DNA from: Eubacteriales bacterium
GTDB lineage: Bacteria; Bacillota; Clostridia; Christensenellales; UBA1242
DNA length: 64,000 nucleotides
Direction: 5' to 3'
NCBI GenBank assembly: GCA_018384735.1
Contig: JAHAXB010000016.1
Coordinates: 131,510 to 195,509 of the forward strand
The notes under the pieces were generated by a model that saw only the letters and a list, made by a program, of their open reading frames with translations, was not told where the DNA came from and ran no database searches. A program made the translations under genes and the position numbers. Below, one piece after another: positions 21,901 to 27,724 of this stretch (position 1 is the first letter of the stretch; each line of letters opens with the position of its first letter).

Positions 21901-24900
21901 TAGGTATACGAAACATTGACCGTGATTTCTCCCGGCACCGAATCCACATCGCAATAGACCATGCTTGAATTCAACAAAGCACGATTAAATTCCGCCATCT
22001 TTTCGTTCAAACTACTACTCGACATACTGGTATTGTACTTGAACGCCGCGCGGTATTGTAATTTCAACAAATCATCGTCAGAAGCCACTTGAATTAATGT
22101 TTCACGGTGGTCAACAATTTCCAACTTATCAAATTCAAAGTAAACCGGCACAATCACAACGCTCAAATACGGATTGACATAATCACCCGGACGACTGTAC
22201 GGAATACGGACTTCAATTGTTTCACCGATTGCACGCGCATCGGCTTTCACGCGCACCGACAGACTATTATTACTGATGGTTACTTCTGCAAAATCAGATT
22301 TAATGGTAGCAGTCGCGGAACTAACACCGTTTAAGGTGAAACCTGCACGGTTCATTGTACAGTCAGTTGGCATCGCAATATCATAGGTTTTGGTCGTGCC
22401 CAAAGCTTGATATTGTACCTGGGTCATGGTGCAAACCGCATAATCCTCGGTTTCATCATCAGGGTCAACTTCAAAACTATCACGGTAACGTGCATTCAAG
22501 GTCATGGTTTGGGTAATCGCCTTGGCGTTGTCTTCACCCTTAATTGAGACTTCGATTTTGAAAGCCGTATCATTTGGCACACGGTAAGTAATTTGCGAAT
22601 CACTTACCAAACGTGTGCGGAAATAGTAAACACCCGTCCATTTGTAACCTTCCAAACGAGACCAGGATGAAACCATTTTGGGTTTGCCCGCACCAGCCAA
22701 GTACGGTTGATAGAAACCTTCGTCTTCGTTGTAAATCATTTGAGTAAAACCAATTGAATACGTTACACGGTTAGTAATCGGCTTACCGTTTAAATCAGTA
22801 CCGATTTGTACGTCTTTACTGTAATAACCATCTTTGGCGGTACCAATCGTAAAGTCGACAATATTCGCATAATACGGCGTTGGATAAACTTTCAGTAAAC
22901 CACCAACCGTTCCACTATCAAGGTAGATAATCTTAGAATCGGTTTGATTCGATGCCAAAGTCAATGCTGTTTTATTACCTTCAACACTGTTGGTTTCCGC
23001 GAAGTGCGCAATGGTCATGTTTCGAACGCCGTCTTTAGCGATATTAAACGCAGCCGAATCCTCAACCGGTGCCTTGATTTTCGCCAATGGTGAATTGGCT
23101 AAGTTTTCCGCAACATACAAGCGTGAACCGGAAATGTTATAGAACGGGTCAACATCTGGAGCGATAATCACAACCGAAACATCAATTTGCAAGAAATACA
23201 GCGCATAGAATTCTGGACTTTGCGGTTCATTACCCGGGTTTAAGCATTTTAATTTGAATTCCAATTTTGCTTTACCACCCGCCAAATTGATGTAAGCTAC
23301 ATTCGCACCGTCAGTAAACAAGCCATAGTAAACGCTTTCGTATTTAAAGGTGAAATTTAACAAATCTGGACTCCATACACGATCCGAACGCACGGTAATA
23401 TCGTAGGTCGCGGTTGTTGTACCATCCAAAGTAATTTCACTCTGGGTAATATCCAAATATTTAACACCACCTTTGACTTCAACTTTAACCTTAGCGGTCA
23501 CCGCATCCATCGTAAATTCATATTTGGTGTTAGTATCTGGTTCAAATTTAATCGACGGCACAAAAGTGTAAATACCACCCGAATAATCCACACTACTGGT
23601 ATTTGCTTTAACTTGCTCGGTAAAATCAGCCGAATTCATTGTCCAAAGCGACGGCAAATCAGCGTCAAACCAGAAACGCTTACCGCGTTGTACGGTAACC
23701 AAATCATAGTCACTGGTATATTCATCCGGCGCCAAATTTTTACGCGCTACTACCCCGTTACTATTTTCGCTGACCAATTTAATATCAAAGTTTTCAATTC
23801 CGTTAACAACGTAGAATGTTGCAGTATATCCATGCACAGTTAATTGCCAATAAACCGTATGGTTACTGTTACTATACATCGGTTCATTTGTATCACTAGT
23901 AAATTTCAAGGAACTTAAACGCAAAGCCAAACGGTTACGCGGTGCATCAGCAGCACTTTGCAATGGCAATGGCTTACCTTGCGCATCACCGATTTGTGCA
24001 CCATCAACATACTTCTTTACATAAACAAAATCAGTAAGGTCAAGATCATCTATTTCTTCAAAAATTCTCCAGCCGAGCACTGTATACAAATCGTCAAAAT
24101 AATAAACGTTGGCTTCAATATTGGAAGCATATTCATTGCCCGTAGTATAAGTTAAAGCAGCAACTGTCGACTCATAACCTTTAGCCGGCATAATCCAATT
24201 GTAACCACCTAAATTATTGCGCTTACCACTGTTAGCATCGTGCGGTAAATTACGATTTTTCTCGGCAATTGCCGCTTCAATCGCATCATGCGTACCAACA
24301 TAAAGACTGATAATTTTGCTTTGCTCTAAATCCGGCATCACATATTCGTAACCGCCTTCGGTTTTTACATAACGCAAACTGTCGCGCGGATATACCACTA
24401 ATGCGTATTGCGCCATGCTATTAGCATTCGAAACCGGTTTCACGGTAACACTATGCGCCGTCGCCGAAATCAATTCTGCAGTAGCAATGCCGCCAATATT
24501 AACCAAGTTGTCCGCCACGACTTCGTAACCATTGGCGTCACATCGGGCATATTTAATTGGCAACACTTCGAATTTACCATTTTTCCATTGTGCATAAGTA
24601 ATACCAAGTTTGGTGTTACGTGCATCAGCCGCACTTAAAACGTTCACGACACTGCCATCGTTGACGTAGGTACTATCATCCGAAAATAACTGCAACAGAC
24701 CATCCGACGTGCCACTATCCGCGACAAAATCACTGCCAGAAAGTTTCAAGCTGTTTGGTAAAATTTTGTTAATTTTAACTTCCGTCGTCAATGTGGCACC
24801 GGCAAGATAATCAAAAGTGAACGCTTTTTCATTTTGTATACCGTTTTTTCCGTCCAAATCCACATTAGTAAAATCATAACGTTTGTAGATCTTGAAACCA

Positions 24901-27635
24901 ATTCGGCAAGCATTATTTGTTAAATATTTAGCGGTAATTTTATATTGATTAAATTCGCCGTAACTATCATCAACCAAAACATTTTCGTCGCCCTGTACCA
25001 ATTCAATGTGCAAATATTGGTTATTGGTAATTTCACAAAGTTTCAAGTCGGTTAAATTCAAGGTCAAAATGGCCGAATCTTCAATTCCTTTCAATTGAAT
25101 TGAACTCGGCAAGGTTACCCCGCCAACCGGATCAACCACGATAAAGTACACCGTTCTTCGGGTTTCATGAGTGCCGAAAACATCCTGGCTATAGGCGCGC
25201 AAAACCACAGTACATTCGTACAAACCTTCCGGCAATTGTGTCGCATCAAAATTACGCGTATTCGTCGCTACCGGCGTACTGGTGCCGTACGGCACAATGG
25301 ATTCAAATTCAGCATAGGCGCCAACATTAACACTGGGGGTAATCACATCAAATTGATAATCAAAACCACGACGCACATAAGCCACACGCGCGTAATCATA
25401 ACTGGTGCCATAGTCATTAGAGGTTGCTTGGTAGATTTTACCGTTACTACCACTGACAACAGGCATCGACAACGATTCTACCGTTGGATAAACGCGAATA
25501 TTGAAAGTAGTTTCAACACCGTTAGGATAACTAACCGTAAACGGATAGTCTTTATAGTATTCAATTTGATCCATATCATCGGCGGTAATGCAGTATTCAA
25601 TATAATGGTAAGCATCCGTAACGCCTTCGTATTCAAATGATTTAACTTCAGTACTCGAAATTTCAAATGGCAATTCGTTAATATTATTCAAAACTTTACC
25701 AGTGTTCCAATGTTGACTGTAACGACCACTGGACAAAGCCCCTTTGACTTGTATTTTGGCGGTATTAAAGGTTTTTGTATTAGTATCATAAACCAAAGCC
25801 ACACCAACGCTATCTTCTTCAAATTTGGTTAAATCAACCGCTTCACCATCTTTGATTGCTTTAACTTCAAATTGATCAATCGCATAAGTACGCTCCAACT
25901 TAATATCACAGGTGGCATAAACATCGTCACCAATTGACAATTGGTTAACGCTCTTAATACGCAAAGTCAACGACGAAATACGGTCACTAATCAAAGTTTC
26001 CGCATTACGTGTACGCTTAAAAGCAAGCGCAAATTTGTTCAAATAATTAACATGTGGATTTTTTTCCGAAAGCGCAATCCATTCGCCGTCACTCTCCGAC
26101 CAGTAACCGATCTTCAAGATACTAAATAATTTCCAGCTCGGATCAACCGTGCCATCAGCATTCACGCGTCCGTCCACGCGGTAAGTTCCGGTATACTCTC
26201 CACTTTCGTCACTGTCTTCAACCAATAATTCAAATTCAACATCGGCATCCATATTGACGGATTTGCCATTGGCAGTATTCAAAGCAAACACATCATAGTA
26301 ATTACTAATCTTTGAGCCACTCTCAAGCGTACCTTCATAGAAGAATGCATCCAGATATTCTTCGTTATTAGCGTTGCGTTTATTTGTTTTCGCTTTTAAA
26401 TTGAAAGATACACCATCGCCAACTTCCGCATTTGTATAAAATTCGTTACGCACACGCAAGCGGAAAGTATCAACAATTTGCACGTTGGCATCAGCTTCGT
26501 CACTAAATTTAATGTCAGCTTCTCCGTTTTGACCTTTAATAACCGGATAAGCCATAACCATGATAATGGCTTCACCCAAATCTTCCCTAGACGACAAAGA
26601 ACGTCGGCAACCACCCAACGAAACAACTTGAACCAATTTGTCATCACTAGGCTTAACACTGACGCCATAACCAGAAACGGTTGGCATATTATCCAAGCTA
26701 AAATCAAAGTCAGCAGTTGAGCGTGTACCTTCACGGTTAGCAATTAAATCCCAAACATTTTCTTCGCCGTTGGTCGTTTCAGCTTTATAGGCATTGGTAT
26801 CAATGATAATTTTTTCTGCTTTCGGGAAAACATAGAACGGAACATCAACCCATTCACCTTTTTCCAACATATCCGGCAAGGTCACTTGCAAAGCGATGTA
26901 TTGATCAACACAGTCGGCGTTCTCACTAACGGTTAAAAAACCGTTTTCATCCAAAGTCACGCCCTTGTAATTTTGCCCCTCTTTCAAACGGTAAATTACC
27001 GGGAATTGGTTAGGCGCAAAAAGGCTTTCCTGAACATCAGCCTTGTGTGCATAAAATTTGTATTTACTCAAAAAATCCGATGACTTCAAATCAACCGGTT
27101 CACTACCCTCACGTACGCCAAAGTGGGATTGTTTACCATCACGGGCCGATTTACCAATATCCATATATTTTGCCACCATGGTAACGGTAACCCCGACCGC
27201 CACACTTTGACCGCCCGAAGCAGTATTGAATATTAATGAACCTTGTTTTAAACCATTTTTACCGGTAACTTTGAAAACATTGACACCAGTGTTACTGGCT
27301 TCTAATTCAGAACCGACGCGTTCAACCTTAACCGCGGTTTTAACCGAACTGTCATCCACAAAAACACGGTGGTCAGCTGAAGACGGAATACCACCAACCC
27401 GCACCGTCACATAGTCATAAGACTCTTCAGTATCCGCAATGGTCAAACCAGTATCTGTACCATCGGACACAACTTCAATATTTAAATCAATACTTTCTTT
27501 ATCCACGGAAACCGCAATTCCCGCATAAACATCACTTTGGCGTCCTGAATTTTTGAAGGCAAAAACAACACCAATAACGGCGGCAATCGCAATGATGCTA
27601 ACAACGAGTAAACTGGCTAAACCGCGTTTTTTCAA
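6993..27635 (-). CDS. Giant N-terminally membrane-anchored surface protein (about 6,880 aa): N-terminal region, 11 tandem ~220-270-aa modules, GLUG-like beta-helix core, aromatic-rich C-terminal region
   Basis: Uninterrupted ORF 6993-27665. The likely start is TTG 27635 (MKKRGLASLLVVSIIAIAAVIGVVFAF), preceded by GGGGGG 7 nt upstream. Single N-terminal TM, no LPXTG motif, no C-terminal TM. Repeat structure read from the translation. Confidence 0.9.
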   Translation of the reverse strand: MKKRGLASLLVVSIIAIAAVIGVVFAFKNSGRQSDVYAGIAVSVDKESIDLNIEVVSDGTDTGLTIADTEESYDYVTVRVGGIPSSADHRVFVDDSSVKTAVKVERVGSELEASNTGVNVFKVTGKNGLKQGSLIFNTASGGQSVAVGVTVTMVAKYMDIGKSARDGKQSHFGVREGSEPVDLKSSDFLSKYKFYAHKADVQESLFAPNQFPVIYRLKEGQNYKGVTLDENGFLTVSENADCVDQYIALQVTLPDMLEKGEWVDVPFYVFPKAEKIIIDTNAYKAETTNGEENVWDLIANREGTRSTADFDFSLDNMPTVSGYGVSVKPSDDKLVQVVSLGGCRRSLSSREDLGEAIIMVMAYPVIKGQNGEADIKFSDEADANVQIVDTFRLRVRNEFYTNAEVGDGVSFNLKAKTNKRNANNEEYLDAFFYEGTLESGSKISNYYDVFALNTANGKSVNMDADVEFELLVEDSDESGEYTGTYRVDGRVNADGTVDPSWKLFSILKIGYWSESDGEWIALSEKNPHVNYLNKFALAFKRTRNAETLISDRISSLTLRIKSVNQLSIGDDVYATCDIKLERTYAIDQFEVKAIKDGEAVDLTKFEEDSVGVALVYDTNTKTFNTAKIQVKGALSSGRYSQHWNTGKVLNNINELPFEISSTEVKSFEYEGVTDAYHYIEYCITADDMDQIEYYKDYPFTVSYPNGVETTFNIRVYPTVESLSMPVVSGSNGKIYQATSNDYGTSYDYARVAYVRRGFDYQFDVITPSVNVGAYAEFESIVPYGTSTPVATNTRNFDATQLPEGLYECTVVLRAYSQDVFGTHETRRTVYFIVVDPVGGVTLPSSIQLKGIEDSAILTLNLTDLKLCEITNNQYLHIELVQGDENVLVDDSYGEFNQYKITAKYLTNNACRIGFKIYKRYDFTNVDLDGKNGIQNEKAFTFDYLAGATLTTEVKINKILPNSLKLSGSDFVADSGTSDGLLQLFSDDSTYVNDGSVVNVLSAADARNTKLGITYAQWKNGKFEVLPIKYARCDANGYEVVADNLVNIGGIATAELISATAHSVTVKPVSNANSMAQYALVVYPRDSLRYVKTEGGYEYVMPDLEQSKIISLYVGTHDAIEAAIAEKNRNLPHDANSGKRNNLGGYNWIMPAKGYESTVAALTYTTGNEYASNIEANVYYFDDLYTVLGWRIFEEIDDLDLTDFVYVKKYVDGAQIGDAQGKPLPLQSAADAPRNRLALRLSSLKFTSDTNEPMYSNSNHTVYWQLTVHGYTATFYVVNGIENFDIKLVSENSNGVVARKNLAPDEYTSDYDLVTVQRGKRFWFDADLPSLWTMNSADFTEQVKANTSSVDYSGGIYTFVPSIKFEPDTNTKYEFTMDAVTAKVKVEVKGGVKYLDITQSEITLDGTTTATYDITVRSDRVWSPDLLNFTFKYESVYYGLFTDGANVAYINLAGGKAKLEFKLKCLNPGNEPQSPEFYALYFLQIDVSVVIIAPDVDPFYNISGSRLYVAENLANSPLAKIKAPVEDSAAFNIAKDGVRNMTIAHFAETNSVEGNKTALTLASNQTDSKIIYLDSGTVGGLLKVYPTPYYANIVDFTIGTAKDGYYSKDVQIGTDLNGKPITNRVTYSIGFTQMIYNEDEGFYQPYLAGAGKPKMVSSWSRLEGYKWTGVYYFRTRLVSDSQITYRVPNDTAFKIEVSIKGEDNAKAITQTMTLNARYRDSFEVDPDDETEDYAVCTMTQVQYQALGTTKTYDIAMPTDCTMNRAGFTLNGVSSATATIKSDFAEVTISNNSLSVRVKADARAIGETIEVRIPYSRPGDYVNPYLSVVIVPVYFEFDKLEIVDHRETLIQVASDDDLLKLQYRAAFKYNTSMSSSSLNEKMAEFNRALLNSSMVYCDVDSVPGEITVNVSYTYVNGVPTLARNADCRYAQTFAYEIKQPDAIVKHKEYLAVGTTTTYTFHDWDALHATKLSLNKVNNAANAYYGTYWTVTMKPAVKTQNGYDVAITVSLENNISPTSAREQAYKDLVNAGPIVINVMSSAAAQPQMELTIVPVYFTFDEFKLKDNPERPLVAVSTPTVVTVEAGDVSCAEGNAVNTALQTFNAELLAAQENLGNNTILSFKRVQNDSGILNFDFNPNTRELTRADLSNPVTAVSYLMVSACVEYVKGVPTLSRTGNRITTYIPVQTFGAETENNGPSGVDLEPAPNGRVRTLSQAIGTKVRYNVALPNTRYDSKLDKYEVRSDNTYVWKKSFDWNATINTKDNTITVTLNTTTALFNKTLVIMAYNQNGELMYKMNIIPAYFTVEQILLADHIDENPVLINQNDALWLQKLKNHLDYKSTHSTSTDPIIANFNFKAYMKNFRDELNSSSLVSLIDDANYVTTLVGVNFEDGIPTIANTANCDLVLQNSYRYEMYDGTPENTKAQTIGYTVVYNVNHEYQVIKISGGMVGDKENWLDNYIPDNHSWSVDPANNDYGVQRCVRVYLSDDENLFNHPIRIGIFETANDVNPVYILNIVPAWFTVEDLTVKDQNSDDRNIFMYYGVKPDRPEDLIFDPILGENYSKNAANRARIENFIAAFQGVDAEKIVRDYNHNLYSGDLRVAAYLDYTDGVPHLVAKNEATSNLCVRVNADFWYSIFGRGSDSQYPPMPNGPRTRTEVQAVGTKVSYNIDLNKTLSMDMSDLIFDDALLAERGWKATFADNVLTLELLVPDSVNNLLAKDLVFKFYAGSSTAFVLTIQPVLFEVTGIETYVPAQPLNLSGLNETENVAYRATVKYNNSIVYDGQNITYYIHQFNERLNNSRGDLFEIEKIDQGDGKQYLKLDAAIDYGVAGSALRCSPYLIDVENNPLNVVESYIKYYEANPTTVVNTVAQHYQAIGTTEDYYLGLPFQNVTDSNVSVDCAVANGATVTLVPNYDDNGAMALRVTLAADSNLIGQPVTIVINYQEGSTNRKLTMTIQPVWFVVEGFEVVNHPERHMWLITSATKEETVDTLSYAVRAHYDMDADAALMSAIEEQIVAFNTKLAQSTEQGGWAELLETETIGGQYLTVRAAVDYDNGVAAIEAITEDNLENVVYDAFEYARYSDKIEATGMAYPNVPRSRTIEVTIGYQVDYTLDIPDLGNLSNDLLALYYNDNQAYADDDTKLKYYANGSGAWSISVNGNNLHIELNPDVTLANSELKVFIYKNSSLRPGVNGHPDSYDKDRVAFVLTIHPVLFKVTSFALTGYNNDEIHVNGIGEFTKNLSRGTGANFVPVYEYANSLVDTNVTINGTTKTLGALMNEFTIEFMSSKYVSKTRYTGTDSKTYHFQVATSVEYNAFVGTPKLSDDPEYRIWKNFKVIDDAQSNATVREEYQALASTKTYYFVDSVLTDSMNPVLSGTGYTAVWNRDDSATSDVNKNYLTVTLTEEADVNTPIVITFGNCTLKIHPVYYEVLGFEPVNHPERAAWIIEPETTDDLQYRMITTDLSYLNGNTYADLRDAIIADVDAKNAQLSNVLEISLSDSQFIIVDAAVNYNRVTGLPEFDTIGKDKRNVVESVIKYRVWSAAQVPNPEHPSVMGKVAANQVIGKTKSYTLRNVRGQISYPYIWVEGAGNLKVTFEKSADGATMTYEKATVMVDTARNILKVQLPADISIKNTTIRVYVPYLTTTNGKEVWYSYCIEITPLLFELKGWTITGVNTDADGYPVTYAENGKDVGLYVSHYRNDCVLLTQQSDHITFFRYQALINRSADASLDAEIGRAVAALEAEVVNYIDIDNPYSYISIDGLNLIRNCAATQESNTELTLSTYIVYKKGVPELAHTSTTRVSNQVLVSTGYNIDDWENNVKDKILNASDNSAVQAIGTAATYAVEISGAGTIFTKEIQVVERGTGDAIYIPGERANLITITVDDEFDENVIFTVELAPVLGLCDHLIEICIPYAEEENAVKPTHCFKYYITPSIFTVEGFYLTAAENNYLALNDNGAVLELHVVANYSNEVSLRNIANLKLQSFETALNNKIRNQTLTFKVENVQGGENVRLVAQSNQILIQKIADITALNYITGNICVGYANGVPTVGSVNPATDTIINLQIQVSTLQGEASHFVGWDNTTTGAGNKNMQSIGTSRDYPLSVNNPEVIFYYEYIDVFNGGLKRGKNEYEFFAYNVQSSDRHHVTIGVTLRAAARNLNGYIEIRIPYTITKDGEQVWYYYSLQVKPVLFEIKGWKLKIDGEAVSEVTLNESAVEFRFTPDIISGPLTTDYYLPDDLEYVTGAIKRLEDEINDYRVSIADGYYYLVLNNTPQAGFSVNYSIYYDNGLTSLVRETGEASTTVMQVSANIAYGVTNFNKDYVDGAQAVTAYANVVDAQRITSNIEIRTTDKTSNDAMDDRAKVYVTKDNAHVLANLVSGVDYTLMEDIKISEIEKLNLKDGRWKPVAFPKNTTLDGNNFKIIFDAAGNAGGFDLSDQPTNIGMYTNVPADSVIKNVQIVFEHGTSSNPVTLLELDLSEYTKDSVNIGMLAGTNEGIITNCAVVPRWQFEQPGLTKVKNPLTGKNFKTDLPFNKDGHLFDIDSGYFFDIETNENGQTRVTDVYTAEGYRITMDTNGNLVKDADGNWDIQYDIYHNVKKWITPDRTNVAKYDNYSAMIISGTESVSPAKLFVKVNNDQMDVTVGGLVGTNLYMITNSRVLIDIELWGPEQRGDVGGIDEKNVMNSIVGGFVGFNQGVITSSYYRDGNVINNANANNLGENKGVSLLGGFVGQNDGTVQQSYAMGYSVNRKNNPNFISSAGVVRTVRNSLGGFAHVNTGVINNCLVNMVIWKTGTEGNAGGFVYENAQGGVISNCIENNNIITSGNTSDYYKSFVVVNGKATTAGAVNVSGLSNLICVGDRLYGKGDGWSEVIRRLTNKESKRYADIKNFDGFSMGISSELDPTWEVSDSNTTWMMTEAGPMLRAANDIAVSYRKTTMTWSPYLYNLGTAKNPYLVWNEKQFNNYTYVATATATESDRNTNGAVTDIEKNRQNNHLRLVNNITLNGIKDTYKIIYTGTLEGNGLTMSGISLNTVTNDLATMGLFGKTEYATIRNINFEIEGINATARYVGGIAGIAINTSFVDVNVTSTGTIKGANIVGGFAGLTVVFQDKKDQPLKVENYNLNSNVSVMATYNTNQETNPGANKFSSGVEYVQQTLYAKIASQNIINPDDHEGIYGSLEQGFSTAGGIFGFVTSNPNNYRTVEISDDGIAREIIHKRNFNRTLVAHDLDNNVINVETLNSDNSEASWFLKARNGSVINDAVDKHGEGKYYHNTIVMSHLNGALTNITGSVAGGLIGIMDETIELRKPSVTKLASLSGKYYLGGIVGINLGKIAGEVAANGTVYEAMNLRTWVVTSSVNSSYVYRINDSTEDNLSEQYFWGMSVGGIAGCNDGFYQTNNSGSIEDITINVNVLNATDSKLQHTIGGVVGLNGNYGYINNAKNTNTNVRGDSVQVSKEAANVGFYFGRIVGRGMNAAEGGDPFADHTGVRTQILTVNFPKNASGRVKPENFETPGYTWSKDGVVIYDNFFGIRTDIDTWKVQSMTMDEYYDYLENTLKRASLPERVEKLESWVRSLPVENRIEKINGQDVWVEVYKEGTVEGKDGVAFLKYWLADNGIFDDKGGATTLDNYASYLKYSAIGTSTNDGEFKNHLSDYRLERYNQAIEFFTYQDQNVNSNQGKYINGEQNRKFTWQQYEDYLLLKKYAKLNMDNISAEAYNALKSMSEDAFYNTYGFNCSKDLIDMLFVDPTYGLFVQMNESKSNVVITNQADFVGLINNGELSNSDKFSNVDPLQIYLNYVVGVADRSATVGDWNLKFAQYVYYMRHIFGKTYTSSSYNYAVPNNFSSLKGEKFRGTAVKASYVDYIYVCRDLDQKITIPEFIDLMERDTKYVEEEELQWVKGGHLGGGAARISTIGGLEMNWVDGNTAEEKSNNWMSAVGGSSLRLDDDGVIRYGETYSWDARTEFANARAAKGLTLQKYKEMVNLGGSLWELLNAKVGNDTKYATAEDYIFDLRGTQYNWSQAQKDFGKVHYVKDEGGYDMNYALAATTEGQILNLTEKGAIRAIYTDANTQEMTDNGYWYSDKNANGKMDGGEPAGVYQLRGGVQEINEQNVNFAPDFENGDGAIYKMYMTGTSVTIDLRANSNEGAALYVDVDENKMFGTANIASGGSSDSFEAGKDILALYQLEAFPITKAAAINEYVFWSSTDANGQVTTYASAPSISADYTLYGYYAVPDFYTTKEISIVNSNTVNTVDTYDGFYKIVRQIVAGARTMTSTETEATENKSDYLEEALWWRAQGFTAEEFDQIKAHAMLKSLTAGYAQKSSYTTRGSGYTLADDWTAMAENSEGKTVQSGFYGDKFTTAEYTEIVKSAQYVDGVWYSTYADYQLFTRLNNPSKYDMIDPDKVTDGLPETSLFNNPFGKLPLLAKKNSKIFLQQVATENELAEAMEISSDHMAYMMLVRAGTSTAQYVDWSQDKNGKTGFNYKVSETETKYFRLNHYIYYMQQKLDEKLKIDGKSKFDAHDFQWVLTQSIRVEIQYNDVTPEKRTNDLVEYRMNWITIVNGEEYAFITFRDYCEWINVYAYSQAYQIARGDYEDAETGETITSTDGWLTIEAFAVWKRMEKYENNVEYLNKIGTTAAQQAITAPIYKRKISTTIFPKIKSSGEQHRGADGQIDNEVPTFEKANVSAGEYGWPGTANPGMDADYKRPYKDRFEYNERYVIRKITRTNVPKKAIRDNKFAPDPEKEYDKWSKTYGTGRYGLILDETEKYGSAGYNEYAQLYIPYDYFEAACKIIKSSYSESNGFAGYHNYMKYWARNGLVDWICNPDPSSAAYTGETTGMTVVNNTYLQSNFWNSYNGTVSPTGGNNPKGPAYDTGNAYGWLVKQDA

Positions 27636-27679
27636 ATGTTTTTCCCCCCAATGTTTTTCTTTCAATCTAGTATGTATAA

Positions 27680-27708
27680 ATTATATTTTTTATATGAAAA
27701 ATCGTCAA
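27680..27708 (-). promoter_or_regulatory. Consensus-like sigma-70 promoter of the 20.6-kb gene (TTGACG-17-TATAAT)
   Basis: The complement of 27703-27708 is TTGACG and the complement of 27680-27685 is TATAAT, with a 17-nt spacer. A ~45-nt leader carries a G6 Shine-Dalgarno. Confidence 0.65.
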
Positions 27709-27724
27709 GTAAAATCGTTTGCCC

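Noticed and set aside
6993-27665. Giant ORF as a pseudogene or fused misassembly of several genes.
   Set aside because: There are no internal stops or frame changes across 20.6 kb. There is one promoter and Shine-Dalgarno at the 5' end and one terminator at the 3' end, and the domain organisation is continuous. Only long-read data could overturn this.
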